A stretch of 32,000 nucleotides of DNA from Geotalea uraniireducens Rf4 (GCF_000016745.1 NC_009483.1:1740001-1772000); one strand, 5' to 3'. Shown: positions 17,581-26,973, numbered from the stretch's first letter. Numbers and translations: made by a program. The notes: generated by a model not told the origin, from the sequence alone.

Positions 17581-18611
17581 TAATCGGCAAAGCTTATGCT
17601 CCTGATCGTCTCTTCAACCATAGTTACCACATGGGATGGGAGCGGCACATAAAGCTGAAGATATGCCATCTTCTGGCCGTAACGGATGCTCCAGTTCAGA
17701 AATTCAACCAGCTTTTTCCCTTTTGCCGGGTCTCGCTGGTGCTGATGGACAAGTAGCCAGGTAAATCCCGCCATGGGATAACTGTCCCTCCCCGGTTGAT
17801 TAACCAGGGATGCCCGGTAATCGGCAGGAATGGATGCAACGGTCTGGGCGACCGCTGCGCTGATCGTTTTCAGGTCGGGAAGCACGAATCTTCCGCTTCT
17901 GTTTCTGATGGCGGCATAAGCGAGGTTTTCTTCACTGGCGTAGATGAGTTCCGAATAGCCGATTGAATAAACATGCTTTTTAACCTCTACGGTTACGCCT
18001 GCGTTACCTTCACGACCATACCCCACCGGCCAGCTGACCGTCGTCCCCCGGCCGACCAGCCTGGCCCAGCTGGAACTGACTGCACTCAGATATTCGGTGA
18101 AGATGCTCGTAGTGCCGCTCCCGTCGGAACGATGCACAACAGCGATCTCCTTGTCGGGTAGCCTGAGGTTCTTGTTGAGCACCGCGATTCGTGGATCATT
18201 CCAGCGCACTATCCTGCCGAGAAAAATGTCGGCGACAACATCCGGGGTTAGTTTCAGCCCCTTGCCGATGCCGGGAATGTTGTAGGTAATCGCAACTGCA
18301 CCAATAACCGTCGGTATGTGAAGAATCTTTTCCGGCACGGATTTAAGCTGTTCGTCGGACAGAAACTTGTCGGTTGCACTGAAATCGAGAGTGCCGGCCA
18401 GCATCTGCCTGACACCGCTTCCACTGCCGATGGGCTGGTAGTTGAATGTCACGGAAGGGTCGACCCGGGCGTACTCCTTGAACCAGGTGGCATAGAGGGG
18501 ATAGGGAAAGGTAGCGCCTGCGCCGGTAATGATTGTTTGCCCCGGGACAGCCAATGCCGGCGCTGAAAGAACAAACAAAACGATCAGCAGGATATACCAA
18601 TTATTTCGCAT
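17580..18611 (-). CDS. pstS: Phosphate ABC transporter substrate-binding protein, paralogue 1
   Basis: I moved the start to the ATG at 18611 (MRNNWYILLIVLFVLSAPALA, a signal peptide). It has GAGATFPYPLY, SGSG and HRSDGSGTT motifs, and is similar throughout to the other two pstS copies. Confidence 0.9.
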   Translation of the reverse strand: MRNNWYILLIVLFVLSAPALAVPGQTIITGAGATFPYPLYATWFKEYARVDPSVTFNYQPIGSGSGVRQMLAGTLDFSATDKFLSDEQLKSVPEKILHIPTVIGAVAITYNIPGIGKGLKLTPDVVADIFLGRIVRWNDPRIAVLNKNLRLPDKEIAVVHRSDGSGTTSIFTEYLSAVSSSWARLVGRGTTVSWPVGYGREGNAGVTVEVKKHVYSIGYSELIYASEENLAYAAIRNRSGRFVLPDLKTISAAVAQTVASIPADYRASLVNQPGRDSYPMAGFTWLLVHQHQRDPAKGKKLVEFLNWSIRYGQKMAYLQLYVPLPSHVVTMVEETIRSISFAD

Positions 18612-18681
18612 GTTTACTTTTCCTTTCGCACTGACTTTGTGTTTATATAGTAGCATATCATTTTTGATATTAATTTTACTT

Positions 18682-18698
18682 TGTCAGACAACTATCAG
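18682..18698 (-). promoter_or_regulatory. Possible E. coli-type Pho box upstream of pstS paralogue 1
   Basis: In gene-sense orientation it reads CTGATAgttgtCTGACA. These are two hexamers resembling CTGTCA, 11 bp apart, 71-89 nt upstream of the start codon. Confidence 0.3.
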
Positions 18699-18821
18699 CC
18701 ACAGTTTTAACCCCTCCCAGCCTCCCCTTTAGGCCCGTTGTTTGGGAAAATTAAATTGCCGGAGCAGCCATATCCTCGCGAATATGGCCGTTCCGGCAAC
18801 GAAGTCAGCCCATGCATTAAT

Positions 18822-18950
18822 CCTATAAAAAGCATTTTAGCCACGAATTTTCACGAATATACAAGCTTTTGTGAAGCAGAAGACACTCACCAGATCGGTG
18901 ACTAGATTTAACAATGGGTTAAAAACATTCGTTTTTATTCGTGTCATTCG
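18822..18950. repeat. Palindromic repeat element E2 (reverse orientation relative to E1), part upstream of the intron
   Basis: CCTATAAAAAGCATTTTAGCCACGAAT... is about 85 percent identical to the reverse complement of E1, with small indels. It ends ...CGTGTCATTCG immediately before the intron. Confidence 0.65.
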
Positions 18951-21023
18951 GTACGCCAGGCCAAGCCTGGCTGATCTATCTGACTGAAAAGTGTCAGACA
19001 TGTAAATTGCTCGTTCACCATGTAGTCGCGGTCTGTCACGAGAGGGTAACCAAACGTGGGGAGTAAGACCGGTTCTTTGTAAGAAAAGAGCGAAGGGTAC
19101 GATAACTACCCTGACGACGAAGACGCGAGCCCAGCGCAAGCGAACCCGTTTCGGCCTCGTTACACGTAGTTGACAGTGGCCAACCTTCCGAATGTGGTGA
19201 AGCCTGCCACCCACCGGTGATAAACGAGCGAAAGAACCGGTGGGACTGTCCGGGGTGATTGGGGAGGGCGCGTGTCGAAAGATCAGCCGAGGAACCTGGG
19301 AGGTCCGACGTAATTCCCAAAGCGAAAGGGTTTCGCCGAAGGGAGAACGCCGACGGGGAATCAATAACCCGCCAAGCGTGTACGGTCGGAATTCGGAGCG
19401 GCCCATAGTAGCCGGGAAGCGGGGTAATGCCCGTGGAGCCAAGGGGCCGTACTTCAGTCATGTTTACACGGAAAGAGAGGAGACCCGCTTGAGCGACAGA
19501 CGCTCCATAACGGAATGGATGGCCGAAGGATTCGAACCTGAACCCGGACTGCCGGTAAAAGTCTCCCTTCTGCGGTGGAAACTGAGCAGCAAGGCCAAAC
19601 GAGAACCGCAGTTCCGGTTCTATGCCCTTTACGACCGAATCCATCGTCGTGATGTACTTGAAACGGCGTGGTTGCGAGTAAAGGTGAACAAGGGCGCGCC
19701 GGGAGTCGATGGTGTCAGCATTGAATCCATCGAGGTGCGGGCAGACGGAATATCCGGCTATCTTGACGAAATTCAAGAAAGCCTGAGAACCAAAAACTAC
19801 AAACCATCCCCGGTGCGTCGCGTCTACATCACCAAGCCCAACGGCAAACTGCGCCCGCTCGGCATACCGTGCGTGCGGGACAGAATTGTACAGGCAGCCG
19901 TACTCCTTATCCTCGAACCGATATTTGAGGTGGACTTTCTCGACTGCTCCCATGGATTTCGTCCCAAAAGGCGTCCCCATGGAGCCCTCGACCAAGTCGG
20001 TAATAACCTCCAACTCGGACGGCAGGAAGTGTATGACGCGGATCTTTCGAGCTACTTTGACAGCATCCCCCACGAGCACCTGATAGTAGAACTTGAGCGG
20101 CGCATAGCCGACCGGAGTGTCCTCAAACTGATCCGGCAATGGCTTCACAGTCCGGTAGTAGAAGAAGACGGCAGCATCAGCCGTCCCAAACAAGGGACGC
20201 CACAAGGCGGGGTAATATCTCCCCTTCTTGCCAACATCTACCTTCACCGGCTCGACCGGGCCTTTCACGAAGAAGCAGACAGCCCCTACCACTTCGCCAG
20301 AGCGCGCATGGTACGGTTTGCCGACGACTTCGTAGTAATGGCCAGACACATGGGCAATCGCATAACCGGATGGCTGGAAGAGAAACTCGAAACAGACCTT
20401 GGACTCAGCATCAACCGTGACAAAACCGGTATTGTCAGAATGAACAAGAAAGAGAGCCTGAACTTTCTGGGATTCACCCTCCGCTATGACCGTGACCTGC
20501 GGGGCAGAGATTGGGATTATCTCAACATCATGCCGAGTAAGAAGGCCATAGGAGCACTCAAGGGAAAAATCCGGGAGAAGACCCGAAGCGGATACAAAAA
20601 GCCGCTTGTCGAAGCAATTGCCGAGGTAAACAGCATCCTTCGCGGATGGGGCAACTACTTCGACTACGGGTATCCCCGGAAAGTATTTCGAGACGTGAAT
20701 CATTACACGAGGACTCGCTTTCGAATATTTCTGAACAATCGGAGCCAAAGGCGGAGCAAACCCTTCAGGGCAGGTGAAAGCCTGTATGCCGGACTTAAGC
20801 GATATGGTCTGGTTTACCTGTAACAGCAAAGCCACAACTCCTCAATAATGCCGTGCAGCAAGAGGCTGATAGGTAAGCCGTATGCGGGAAATCCGCACGT
20901 ACGGTTTGACGAGGGGGAGCTGGTTAAGGCAACTATGGTAAGGCTACTTAGGCACCGCCAAACGAAAGGGGCGGAAACGGACAAGCCAAACCTAATGATG
21001 TAGTAACCTGCTTCCTACTCTAC
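18951..21023 (+). mobile_element. Group II intron, copy 2 (2073 nt)
   Basis: It is identical to 6200-8272 except T19685 (C6934 in copy 1; Ala to Val in KANKGAP) and A21002 (C8251 in copy 1, in the domain VI insertion). Confidence 0.9.
19519..20823 (+). CDS. Group II intron-encoded reverse transcriptase/maturase, copy 2
   Basis: It is the same 434-aa protein as 6768-8072 with one substitution (KVNKGAP). Confidence 0.92.
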   Translation: MAEGFEPEPGLPVKVSLLRWKLSSKAKREPQFRFYALYDRIHRRDVLETAWLRVKVNKGAPGVDGVSIESIEVRADGISGYLDEIQESLRTKNYKPSPVRRVYITKPNGKLRPLGIPCVRDRIVQAAVLLILEPIFEVDFLDCSHGFRPKRRPHGALDQVGNNLQLGRQEVYDADLSSYFDSIPHEHLIVELERRIADRSVLKLIRQWLHSPVVEEDGSISRPKQGTPQGGVISPLLANIYLHRLDRAFHEEADSPYHFARARMVRFADDFVVMARHMGNRITGWLEEKLETDLGLSINRDKTGIVRMNKKESLNFLGFTLRYDRDLRGRDWDYLNIMPSKKAIGALKGKIREKTRSGYKKPLVEAIAEVNSILRGWGNYFDYGYPRKVFRDVNHYTRTRFRIFLNNRSQRRSKPFRAGESLYAGLKRYGLVYL

Positions 21024-21052
21024 TGGCTGACTGCCGTTTTGGGGTTAATAGG
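21024..21052. repeat. Palindromic repeat element E2, arm downstream of the intron
   Basis: TGGCTGACTGCCGTTTTGGGGTTAATAGG matches the reverse complement of the E1 left arm at 18 of 21 positions over its first 21 nt. It overlaps the stop codon of pstS paralogue 2. Confidence 0.6.
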
Positions 21053-22079
21053 TAATGCTGCTGATGGTTTTTCCCACCATGTCGGCCAGTTTCTCGTGGA
21101 GCGGCGTATAGAAGAGCGTTGATGTCATTTTTTCAGCCTTTCTCAACTCCCAATTGAGAAACTCAACCAGTTTCTTCCCCTTTACCGGATCCTTCTGCTG
21201 CTGATAGACAAGAAGCCAGGTGAAACCGACGATAGGATAAGCCTCTTTCCCCGACTGATTGACGAGAGATATGCGGTAATCATCCGTAATCCGATTCACC
21301 GCATCGACCGTTGCAGCCCGCACCGAACGCATGGTCGGGTTGACGAATCGGCCGCTTTTGTTTTTCAGAGCAGCGGCAGGAAGATTGTTCACCATTGTAT
21401 AGGCATTTTCCACATAACCAATGGTAAAGGGTACGGTCTTGATCTGATTCACTATCTCGCCACTCCCTTTGCCGCCAATGCCGACCGGCCACTCAACGGT
21501 GGTTCCTTTGCCGATTTTCCGAGCCCATTCGCCACTCACGCCGGAAAGATAATCGGTAAAGATATTGGTCGTCCCACTGCCGTCAGAACGATGAACTACG
21601 ATGATGCCCTTATCGGGAAGATGCAGCTTTTTATTGACGGAAGCGAGACGCGGATCATTCCAGCGGGTGATTTTGCCCAGAAAAATATCGCTCAGGATAT
21701 CCGGTGTAAGCTTCAGCCCTGAACCTGCACCAGGCAGATTGTAGGTTATCGCCACTGCCCCCATCACCGTCGGTATCTGGAGGAGTTTGCCGGGTGCAGC
21801 TTTCAATTCCTCGTCGGTGAGAAATTTGTCTGAAGCACCGAAATCGATTGACTGAGCCATGATTTGCTTAATGCCGCCACCGCTGCCGACAGCTTCATAG
21901 CTGAAGAAAACCTCAGGGTCAACCACGGCGTAATCCCTGAACCATTTACTGTAGAGCGGATATGGAAACGTCGCACCGGCGCCTTTCAGGACAGTTTCTG
22001 CAAAAGCCTGCCCCGTCGTTGCAGCCATTACCAGCAAAACCAGTACAAAAATACGTTTACAAATCGTTTTGACCATCAA
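21045..22079 (-). CDS. pstS: Phosphate ABC transporter substrate-binding protein, paralogue 2
   Basis: 344 aa with signal peptide MMVKTICKRIFVLVLLVMAATTGQAFA and the motifs GAGATFPYPLY and HRSDGSGTT. Confidence 0.9.
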   Translation of the reverse strand: MMVKTICKRIFVLVLLVMAATTGQAFAETVLKGAGATFPYPLYSKWFRDYAVVDPEVFFSYEAVGSGGGIKQIMAQSIDFGASDKFLTDEELKAAPGKLLQIPTVMGAVAITYNLPGAGSGLKLTPDILSDIFLGKITRWNDPRLASVNKKLHLPDKGIIVVHRSDGSGTTNIFTDYLSGVSGEWARKIGKGTTVEWPVGIGGKGSGEIVNQIKTVPFTIGYVENAYTMVNNLPAAALKNKSGRFVNPTMRSVRAATVDAVNRITDDYRISLVNQSGKEAYPIVGFTWLLVYQQQKDPVKGKKLVEFLNWELRKAEKMTSTLFYTPLHEKLADMVGKTISSITY

Positions 22080-22144
22080 TCTCTCCTTTTTCCCGATACT
22101 ACTCTTGAATGTTATTTAATTCTAAAAACGGCAGTTACTCACGT

Positions 22145-23419
22145 CTATGGAGTGGCGGACGGCCTGGCCAGCAGATACCCCTGACAGAGCGTCACGCCGA
22201 TGTCTCGAAGGTAGTCCAATTCCTCCTCGCGCTCGACCCCTTCGGCAATGACCTTTGCCCCGATCTTGCCGCAGAAGGTGACGAGCGCTTCGACGAGGGC
22301 CTGCCTGGTGGATGAGGCGTCGATGTCGCAGATGAGGAACCGGGCGAGTTTTACATAGTCGGGTTCCATCCGGGCGAGCATTTTCAGGCCGGCATAACCG
22401 GAACCCAGGTCGTCGATGGCGATGGAATAACCTTGTTCCCGATAGTAGGAGAGGACCCGGTTGAACAGCTCGTAATCCTCGATCAGTGTTCGTTCCGTCA
22501 GCTCAAAAGTGATGCTGGAGCGCTGGATCCCCAGTTCGTCCAGCAATGCGGCGGTAACTCCCCTTTTATGGTCGTTTGCCTGGAGGAGACTCGGGCAGAC
22601 ATTGAGGAAGAGCCGCCCGGAAATTCCCAGCTCTTTGGCCCTGATGAGCGCCTTTCTGCGGCATAGCCTCTCCAGGGGGAAGGTGAGGCCGTATTCGCCC
22701 GATTTTGCGAAGAGCAGCTCCGGGTCGGCGAGGTGGCTCGGCCTGCTGACGCGGCTCAATGCTTCATAACCGTAGACGGAGCCGTCACACAGGGAGATAA
22801 TCGGCTGGAAGAGGGGGGTAATCAAACCGTTGGCGATGATTTCCTCTATTTCACGCCGGTCTGCGCTCTGCTGCACAACAGGCGATGCAGAGGCGCTGAA
22901 AAGCTCCTGGAAGGCCCTGAAAAGGGCGTTGTCGGCATTTTCTTCGTCGCGGTTGGAGAGGAAGACCCCGTCGAGCCTGAACAAGGCATCGACCGTTTCC
23001 GTGTTGTAAAATGTTTTTCTTTTTATATGGCTGAGAGAGAAATAACTGCGGAGTTCCCGGCGGATTACTTCAATATCCTCGTGGAAATGTTGTTCGCAGT
23101 AGTCGCCGCTGGGTACGAGGAGCAGAAAGTATTCGCCGTCGGCAGCCTTGTAACCGCCTTCAATGCGCCCTGTGAGCCGTTTATCCATCATCCTGATGAA
23201 AAGGGCGATGGCTTTGCCGGCAGTTTCCATGCCATGGCCACTGTTGGCAAAGTTGAGCGCCACTATGCCTGCGTGCCCCGAACTCTTCAGGTGTTCCTTG
23301 AATTTCAAAAACAGGTAGCTGCAGTCGCTGAAAGAATCTTCCAATCTCGGAATGCGGCGCCGATAGACGGTGGTTGACTGCTGCGGTATAAGTGGTAAAG
23401 CTGTCACCTGCACCTCCAT
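22145..23419 (-). CDS. Degenerate-GGDEF / EAL-domain protein (putative c-di-GMP phosphodiesterase)
   Basis: EAL motifs are present: YEALSR, LNVCP, FELTER, DDLGSGYAGL, AEGVE, QGY. The N-terminal half resembles a GGDEF domain, but the signature reads KAADGEYFLLL. I chose the ATG at 23419 (MEVQV); the track start, a GTG at 23599, has no SD and its extension looks non-protein-like. Confidence 0.8.
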   Translation of the reverse strand: MEVQVTALPLIPQQSTTVYRRRIPRLEDSFSDCSYLFLKFKEHLKSSGHAGIVALNFANSGHGMETAGKAIALFIRMMDKRLTGRIEGGYKAADGEYFLLLVPSGDYCEQHFHEDIEVIRRELRSYFSLSHIKRKTFYNTETVDALFRLDGVFLSNRDEENADNALFRAFQELFSASASPVVQQSADRREIEEIIANGLITPLFQPIISLCDGSVYGYEALSRVSRPSHLADPELLFAKSGEYGLTFPLERLCRRKALIRAKELGISGRLFLNVCPSLLQANDHKRGVTAALLDELGIQRSSITFELTERTLIEDYELFNRVLSYYREQGYSIAIDDLGSGYAGLKMLARMEPDYVKLARFLICDIDASSTRQALVEALVTFCGKIGAKVIAEGVEREEELDYLRDIGVTLCQGYLLARPSATP

Positions 23420-23436
23420 GCTTTTTCCGGTGAACG

Positions 23437-23583
23437 TCAGTCGTTGAGGAGCGCGGCCAGATATTCTCCGTAATGTCCCACGTTGGCTGCATGGTAGGAA
23501 TCCCGTAACGCCTTCAGTTTGGCTATCTGCTGGTCCATTTCTGAAAAATCCAAGAGAGAAAATTCCAAGCATGTCAGTTTCAT
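23437..23583 (-). CDS. 48-aa micro-ORF between the STAS and EAL genes (absent from ORF track)
   Basis: Hand translation gives MKLTCLEFSLLDFSEMDQQIAKLKALRDSYHAANVGHYGEYLAALLND. An AAGGAG SD lies 7 nt upstream. It starts 28 nt after the STAS stop and ends 17 nt before the EAL ATG. Confidence 0.5.
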   Translation of the reverse strand: MKLTCLEFSLLDFSEMDQQIAKLKALRDSYHAANVGHYGEYLAALLND

Positions 23584-23611
23584 AATCATTCTCCTTCACG
23601 ATTTTCGACTG

Positions 23612-23926
23612 TTATACCTTGGCAGGGGTTGCCAACAGGAATATTCCGGTCATTTTGAAGAGCATGGTGTTCATGGGGGTAAGGCCGACAAGTTCGATAT
23701 CGGCCTTTTTCTCCTCCCTGATGGCCTTGAAACAGCGGAGAAGAAGAGCGATCCCCATTGAATTGATTCTGCCGGTCTTGCTGAAGTCGATGGTGACCTT
23801 CGGCTGCTTGACTTTTGCCGGAAGTTCTTTCAGCTGTTTTTCCGCCTGGGCGTCGATGTTGCCGTTCAGCGCGAAGTAATCGTATTGTGGAAAACGGTCA
23901 GGAACGATGTGTAATAGTGCATCCAT
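23612..23926 (-). CDS. STAS-domain anti-sigma-factor antagonist (RsbV/SpoIIAA-like)
   Basis: 104 aa from the ATG at 23926, which has an AAGGAG SD. The STAS core has the phosphorylatable-Ser region IDFSKTGRINSMGIALLL. Confidence 0.8.
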   Translation of the reverse strand: MDALLHIVPDRFPQYDYFALNGNIDAQAEKQLKELPAKVKQPKVTIDFSKTGRINSMGIALLLRCFKAIREEKKADIELVGLTPMNTMLFKMTGIFLLATPAKV

Positions 23927-24899
23927 TGATTTTCTCCTTTTCGGTAGTAGTGATGTGGAAGCCGCGCGGCGCTTCAGGCGGGAAGGGTGATGATACACGC
24001 AAATGCCCACCAACGACGGTCTGATTTCCCGGGGTTATGTTCACATGAAACTGGTCGAGAAATCGCCAGATGATGAACAGGCCACGCCCGCCGATGTCAT
24101 CCGGCAGCCCGATGCTGTTCTGGTTCCTGGCCAGATATTCCATGATCATGTCTGGCGCGAGGCTTCCCCAGTTGTCCGCCATTTCCATGGCAAGGGTTTC
24201 GCCGTCAAAGGCAAAACTAAAGACGATCTTCTCACCGGGGAGGAGCGACCTCTGCTCCCCTTTTCTGAATATCTTGTTGCCGTCGGCCCCTTTGGGCGCC
24301 CCATAGAAAGCGTTTTCCAGCATTTCGTCCGCCAGTAGCGCCCCTTTCTGCCGAAGCAGTTCATGTTCGGCCGTTTCACCTTGAACCATGCTTTCTATCG
24401 TACCTATTACCTGCTCTTTTTCATTAGAAGACGAGAGCTGAAAAACATGGATTTGTGTGCCGTCTTTCACATATTCGGCAATCTCCCATTTTTGTTTGTT
24501 GACGAGGTTGTTTACGGCAAGCAACAGAGGCGACTGATTTCTGCACAAAGCGGCGTTTTGCGAGATGGGTTCGATAACCAGATGTCTGACTTTGTCGGTC
24601 AGGAGCCGTTCAATCTGCGGGAAGGGAGCGACGGTCGACGAGAGCACCAGAATTTCCATTCTCGGGAAATTATTCTTCAGCTCTTTGATAAGTTCCGGCA
24701 TCATAGTGGGATAAAGAGCGCCGGAAACAATCGCCAGTCGCGGATTTATTCCCAATCCGCGCATGTTGTCGAGGGTAACGAGTAGAAAGCGATTGGCGAT
24801 TATCCTGATGACTTCGGGAATCATGCTCAAGGAGCTGTACCAGGTATTTTCATCGTCGGCATCAGCGAACAGCGCCAGAACGGGATCGTTTAACTGCAT
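23898..24899 (-). CDS. RsbW/SpoIIAB-like serine kinase (HATPase_c) with about 170-aa N-terminal domain of unknown type
   Basis: The C-terminal half has an N-box-like LADEMLENAFYGAP and a G-box GGRGLFIIWRFLDQF. An AAGGAG SD lies 7 nt before the ATG. The 3' end overlaps the STAS gene by 29 nt. Confidence 0.7.
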   Translation of the reverse strand: MQLNDPVLALFADADDENTWYSSLSMIPEVIRIIANRFLLVTLDNMRGLGINPRLAIVSGALYPTMMPELIKELKNNFPRMEILVLSSTVAPFPQIERLLTDKVRHLVIEPISQNAALCRNQSPLLLAVNNLVNKQKWEIAEYVKDGTQIHVFQLSSSNEKEQVIGTIESMVQGETAEHELLRQKGALLADEMLENAFYGAPKGADGNKIFRKGEQRSLLPGEKIVFSFAFDGETLAMEMADNWGSLAPDMIMEYLARNQNSIGLPDDIGGRGLFIIWRFLDQFHVNITPGNQTVVGGHLRVSSPFPPEAPRGFHITTTEKEKINGCTITHRS

Positions 24900-24916
24900 G
24901 GTAGTCTCCTTAATTG

Positions 24917-26110
24917 CTATAGTGTCGAGGACGCAATGAGAATAGTTACGTCATCAGCAAAGGACCGGGTACCGGTAAATTTTTCGAGTGCTTCCAGCAG
25001 CAGTTTCCTTGCAATATCGGGCGGCAGAGTGACATGTTCGTTGAGAAAGGCTTCCAGTCTCTCATAGCCGAAATCTTCTCCCGCCTTGTCCGTGCATTCG
25101 ACAATACCGTCGGAGTAGAGGAAGAGGGTATCGCCAGCCTCGAACGTTGCAGAGCATTCCTGGAAACGGCAGTTCTCCTCGAACCCGAGGGGGAAGCCGG
25201 AAGCGTCTTCCACCATCTCCAGCGACCCGGTCCCGGATTTGTACAGATAGGGGAAGTTGTGACCAGCATTGGCGATGACGAGCCGCCCTTGCTTTGGATT
25301 GATTACCGCTATCAGGCAGGTCATGAGCAGGGTCTGGCGGGCCGTGGTGAGAATGGCGTTGTTCATGCCGAAGAGCAGTTCAGCGGGCGTATCGATTCCC
25401 AGGGAGATGAGTGTGTGGAGGCTCGCCTTGGCAGCGGTGGTCACCATTCCCGATTGGACGCCGTGACCGCTTACGTCGGCAACCACAAGTCCCAGCCTGT
25501 CATTGCCCAGAGGGAAGTAATCAAAATAATCTCCGCCGATTTCCGATGATGTGGTGATCCCTCCACTGACCCTGATTTTGTCGAAAGAGGAGTCGGGGAG
25601 GGGGAGGAGCGCCTGCTGGATTTCGCCGGCTTTCCTCACTTCATCCGTGATGCGGGCGCTGAGGCGTTCGAGGGCGCCAAGGAGCAGCGCCTGATTGGCG
25701 GAGATGTTCATCATCAGATCGGAAACGGATACAATGCCGATGCACTGTTCTCCCTCCGTAACGGCAAAACAATCGGTCTCCAGCAGTGGATCTACAGCCA
25801 GGAGTCTCGCCAATGCATCACTGACCTCCAGTTCCGGTTCCATACAGACGCAGTTTTTTTCCAGCAGTATCCTGATCGGTTTTTTCCCGTAGAGTTCCAG
25901 GGCAAAAGGTCGTCCCAGATGATGATAAAAGAGCAATTTGCGGCTGATAACACCGCAGAACCTTCTTCCGTCGGCAACCGGTATCGCCAGGATCGACGGG
26001 TCGTTCTTGAAGATTTCCAACACGTCGTTTACCGCAAGGTCTGGACTTATCGTTTCGGTTGTCTTTACGATTTCTCTTAAACAGTGGGTCACATGGTGGG
26101 CATTTTCCAT
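24917..26110 (-). CDS. CBS-pair / PP2C (SpoIIE/RsbU-type) serine phosphatase
   Basis: 397 aa. The N-terminal tandem CBS-like region has IAIPV...GVISRKLL and IGIVSVSDLM. The PP2C metal-binding motifs GGDYFDYF, ADVSGHGVQSG, YSDGIVE and DDVTIL are present. Confidence 0.85.
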   Translation of the reverse strand: MENAHHVTHCLREIVKTTETISPDLAVNDVLEIFKNDPSILAIPVADGRRFCGVISRKLLFYHHLGRPFALELYGKKPIRILLEKNCVCMEPELEVSDALARLLAVDPLLETDCFAVTEGEQCIGIVSVSDLMMNISANQALLLGALERLSARITDEVRKAGEIQQALLPLPDSSFDKIRVSGGITTSSEIGGDYFDYFPLGNDRLGLVVADVSGHGVQSGMVTTAAKASLHTLISLGIDTPAELLFGMNNAILTTARQTLLMTCLIAVINPKQGRLVIANAGHNFPYLYKSGTGSLEMVEDASGFPLGFEENCRFQECSATFEAGDTLFLYSDGIVECTDKAGEDFGYERLEAFLNEHVTLPPDIARKLLLEALEKFTGTRSFADDVTILIASSTL

Positions 26111-26156
26111 AATGATCGTCGCCTCTCATTAGCTTTACGACCATCATAGAAGAGAA

Positions 26157-26175
26157 ATGTGGAAATCGTGTTACA
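26157..26175 (-). promoter_or_regulatory. Pho-box-like direct repeat upstream of the PP2C operon
   Basis: In gene-sense orientation it reads CC-TGTAACAC-GAT-TTCCACAT, then 8 nt, then TATGAT (a -10-like hexamer). It lies 47-65 nt upstream of the ATG and has the same architecture as the pstS site at 31112-31130. Confidence 0.45.
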
Positions 26176-26237
26176 GGAGGGTAAATGTTTTAATGAAAGG
26201 TGGCGTTTTCAGGGTTATGGCCGGGATGGGGAACTGC

Positions 26238-26270
26238 AAAAAAAGGGCGCAACAGCCGCTGCGCCCCTTT
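26238..26270 (-). terminator. Rho-independent terminator after phoU
   Basis: The minus strand reads GGGCGCAgcggctgtTGCGCCC followed by TTTTTTT, about 20 nt downstream of the phoU stop. Confidence 0.8.
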
Positions 26271-26290
26271 GCGATCAACCCGCTTGCAGA

Positions 26291-26962
26291 TCAGGCGATG
26301 GTATGGCGGATGTCCTTCCCCTTGACCATGAAGATGACCATTTCTGCCACGTTGGTGGCGTGGTCCGCGATCCGCTCCAGGCACTTGGAGATGTAGTTGA
26401 CCTTGATGGCGCGGCTGATGGTGGACGGGTCCCCCATCATGAAGGTGAGGAGTTCCCGCTGGATCTGCTCGTTCAGCTCGTCCACGAACTGGTCGTCCTT
26501 GCAGACCTTGATCGCCAGGGTGTCGTCGCCGCGGACGAAGGCGTCGAGCGCTTCCTTGACCATCATCGAAGCCCAGTCGGCCATGCGGGGGAGGTCGATG
26601 TAAGGTTTGAGCGGCGGCTCCATGTTCAGCTCCTTGGCCCTTTTGGCAATGCCAGTACACTGGTCGCCGATCCGCTCCAGGTCGGTGACGATCTTGAGCG
26701 CCAGGGTGATGAAACGCAGGTCGCGGGCTGCCGGCTGGCGGCGCGCCAGCACTTCCAGGCATCTCTCGTCGATCTCCATCTCCAGGTGGTTGATCTCGTG
26801 GTCAAAGGCAATGGTTCGTTCGGCCAGCTCGGAGTCCCGCTCCACGAGGGATTTCATCGAGTTGGCGATCATCACCTCCACCTTCCCCCCCATTTCGAGG
26901 AGCTTCTCGCGGATGGTGTTCAGTTCCTCGTCGAATACTTTGCTGAAATGTTCTCTTTCCAT
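26291..26962 (-). CDS. phoU: Phosphate signalling complex protein PhoU
   Basis: 223 aa with two PhoU repeats, each carrying a D-x-x-E/ERIGD-type motif (VTDLERIGD, CLERIADH). It is the last gene of the pst operon. Confidence 0.93.
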   Translation of the reverse strand: MEREHFSKVFDEELNTIREKLLEMGGKVEVMIANSMKSLVERDSELAERTIAFDHEINHLEMEIDERCLEVLARRQPAARDLRFITLALKIVTDLERIGDQCTGIAKRAKELNMEPPLKPYIDLPRMADWASMMVKEALDAFVRGDDTLAIKVCKDDQFVDELNEQIQRELLTFMMGDPSTISRAIKVNYISKCLERIADHATNVAEMVIFMVKGKDIRHTIA

Positions 26963-26973
26963 GGTAACCTCAT

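Noticed and set aside
6200-21023. Composite transposon or genomic island bounded by the two repeats.
   Set aside because: The repeats are group II introns, with no transposase and no target-site duplication. The interior carries core genes (miaA, ctpA). Only homologous recombination between the copies is plausible, and that is reported separately.
23420-23599. GTG-initiated N-terminal extension of the EAL ORF.
   Set aside because: It has no SD and an implausible composition. The same DNA encodes a well-signalled 48-aa ORF in another frame.
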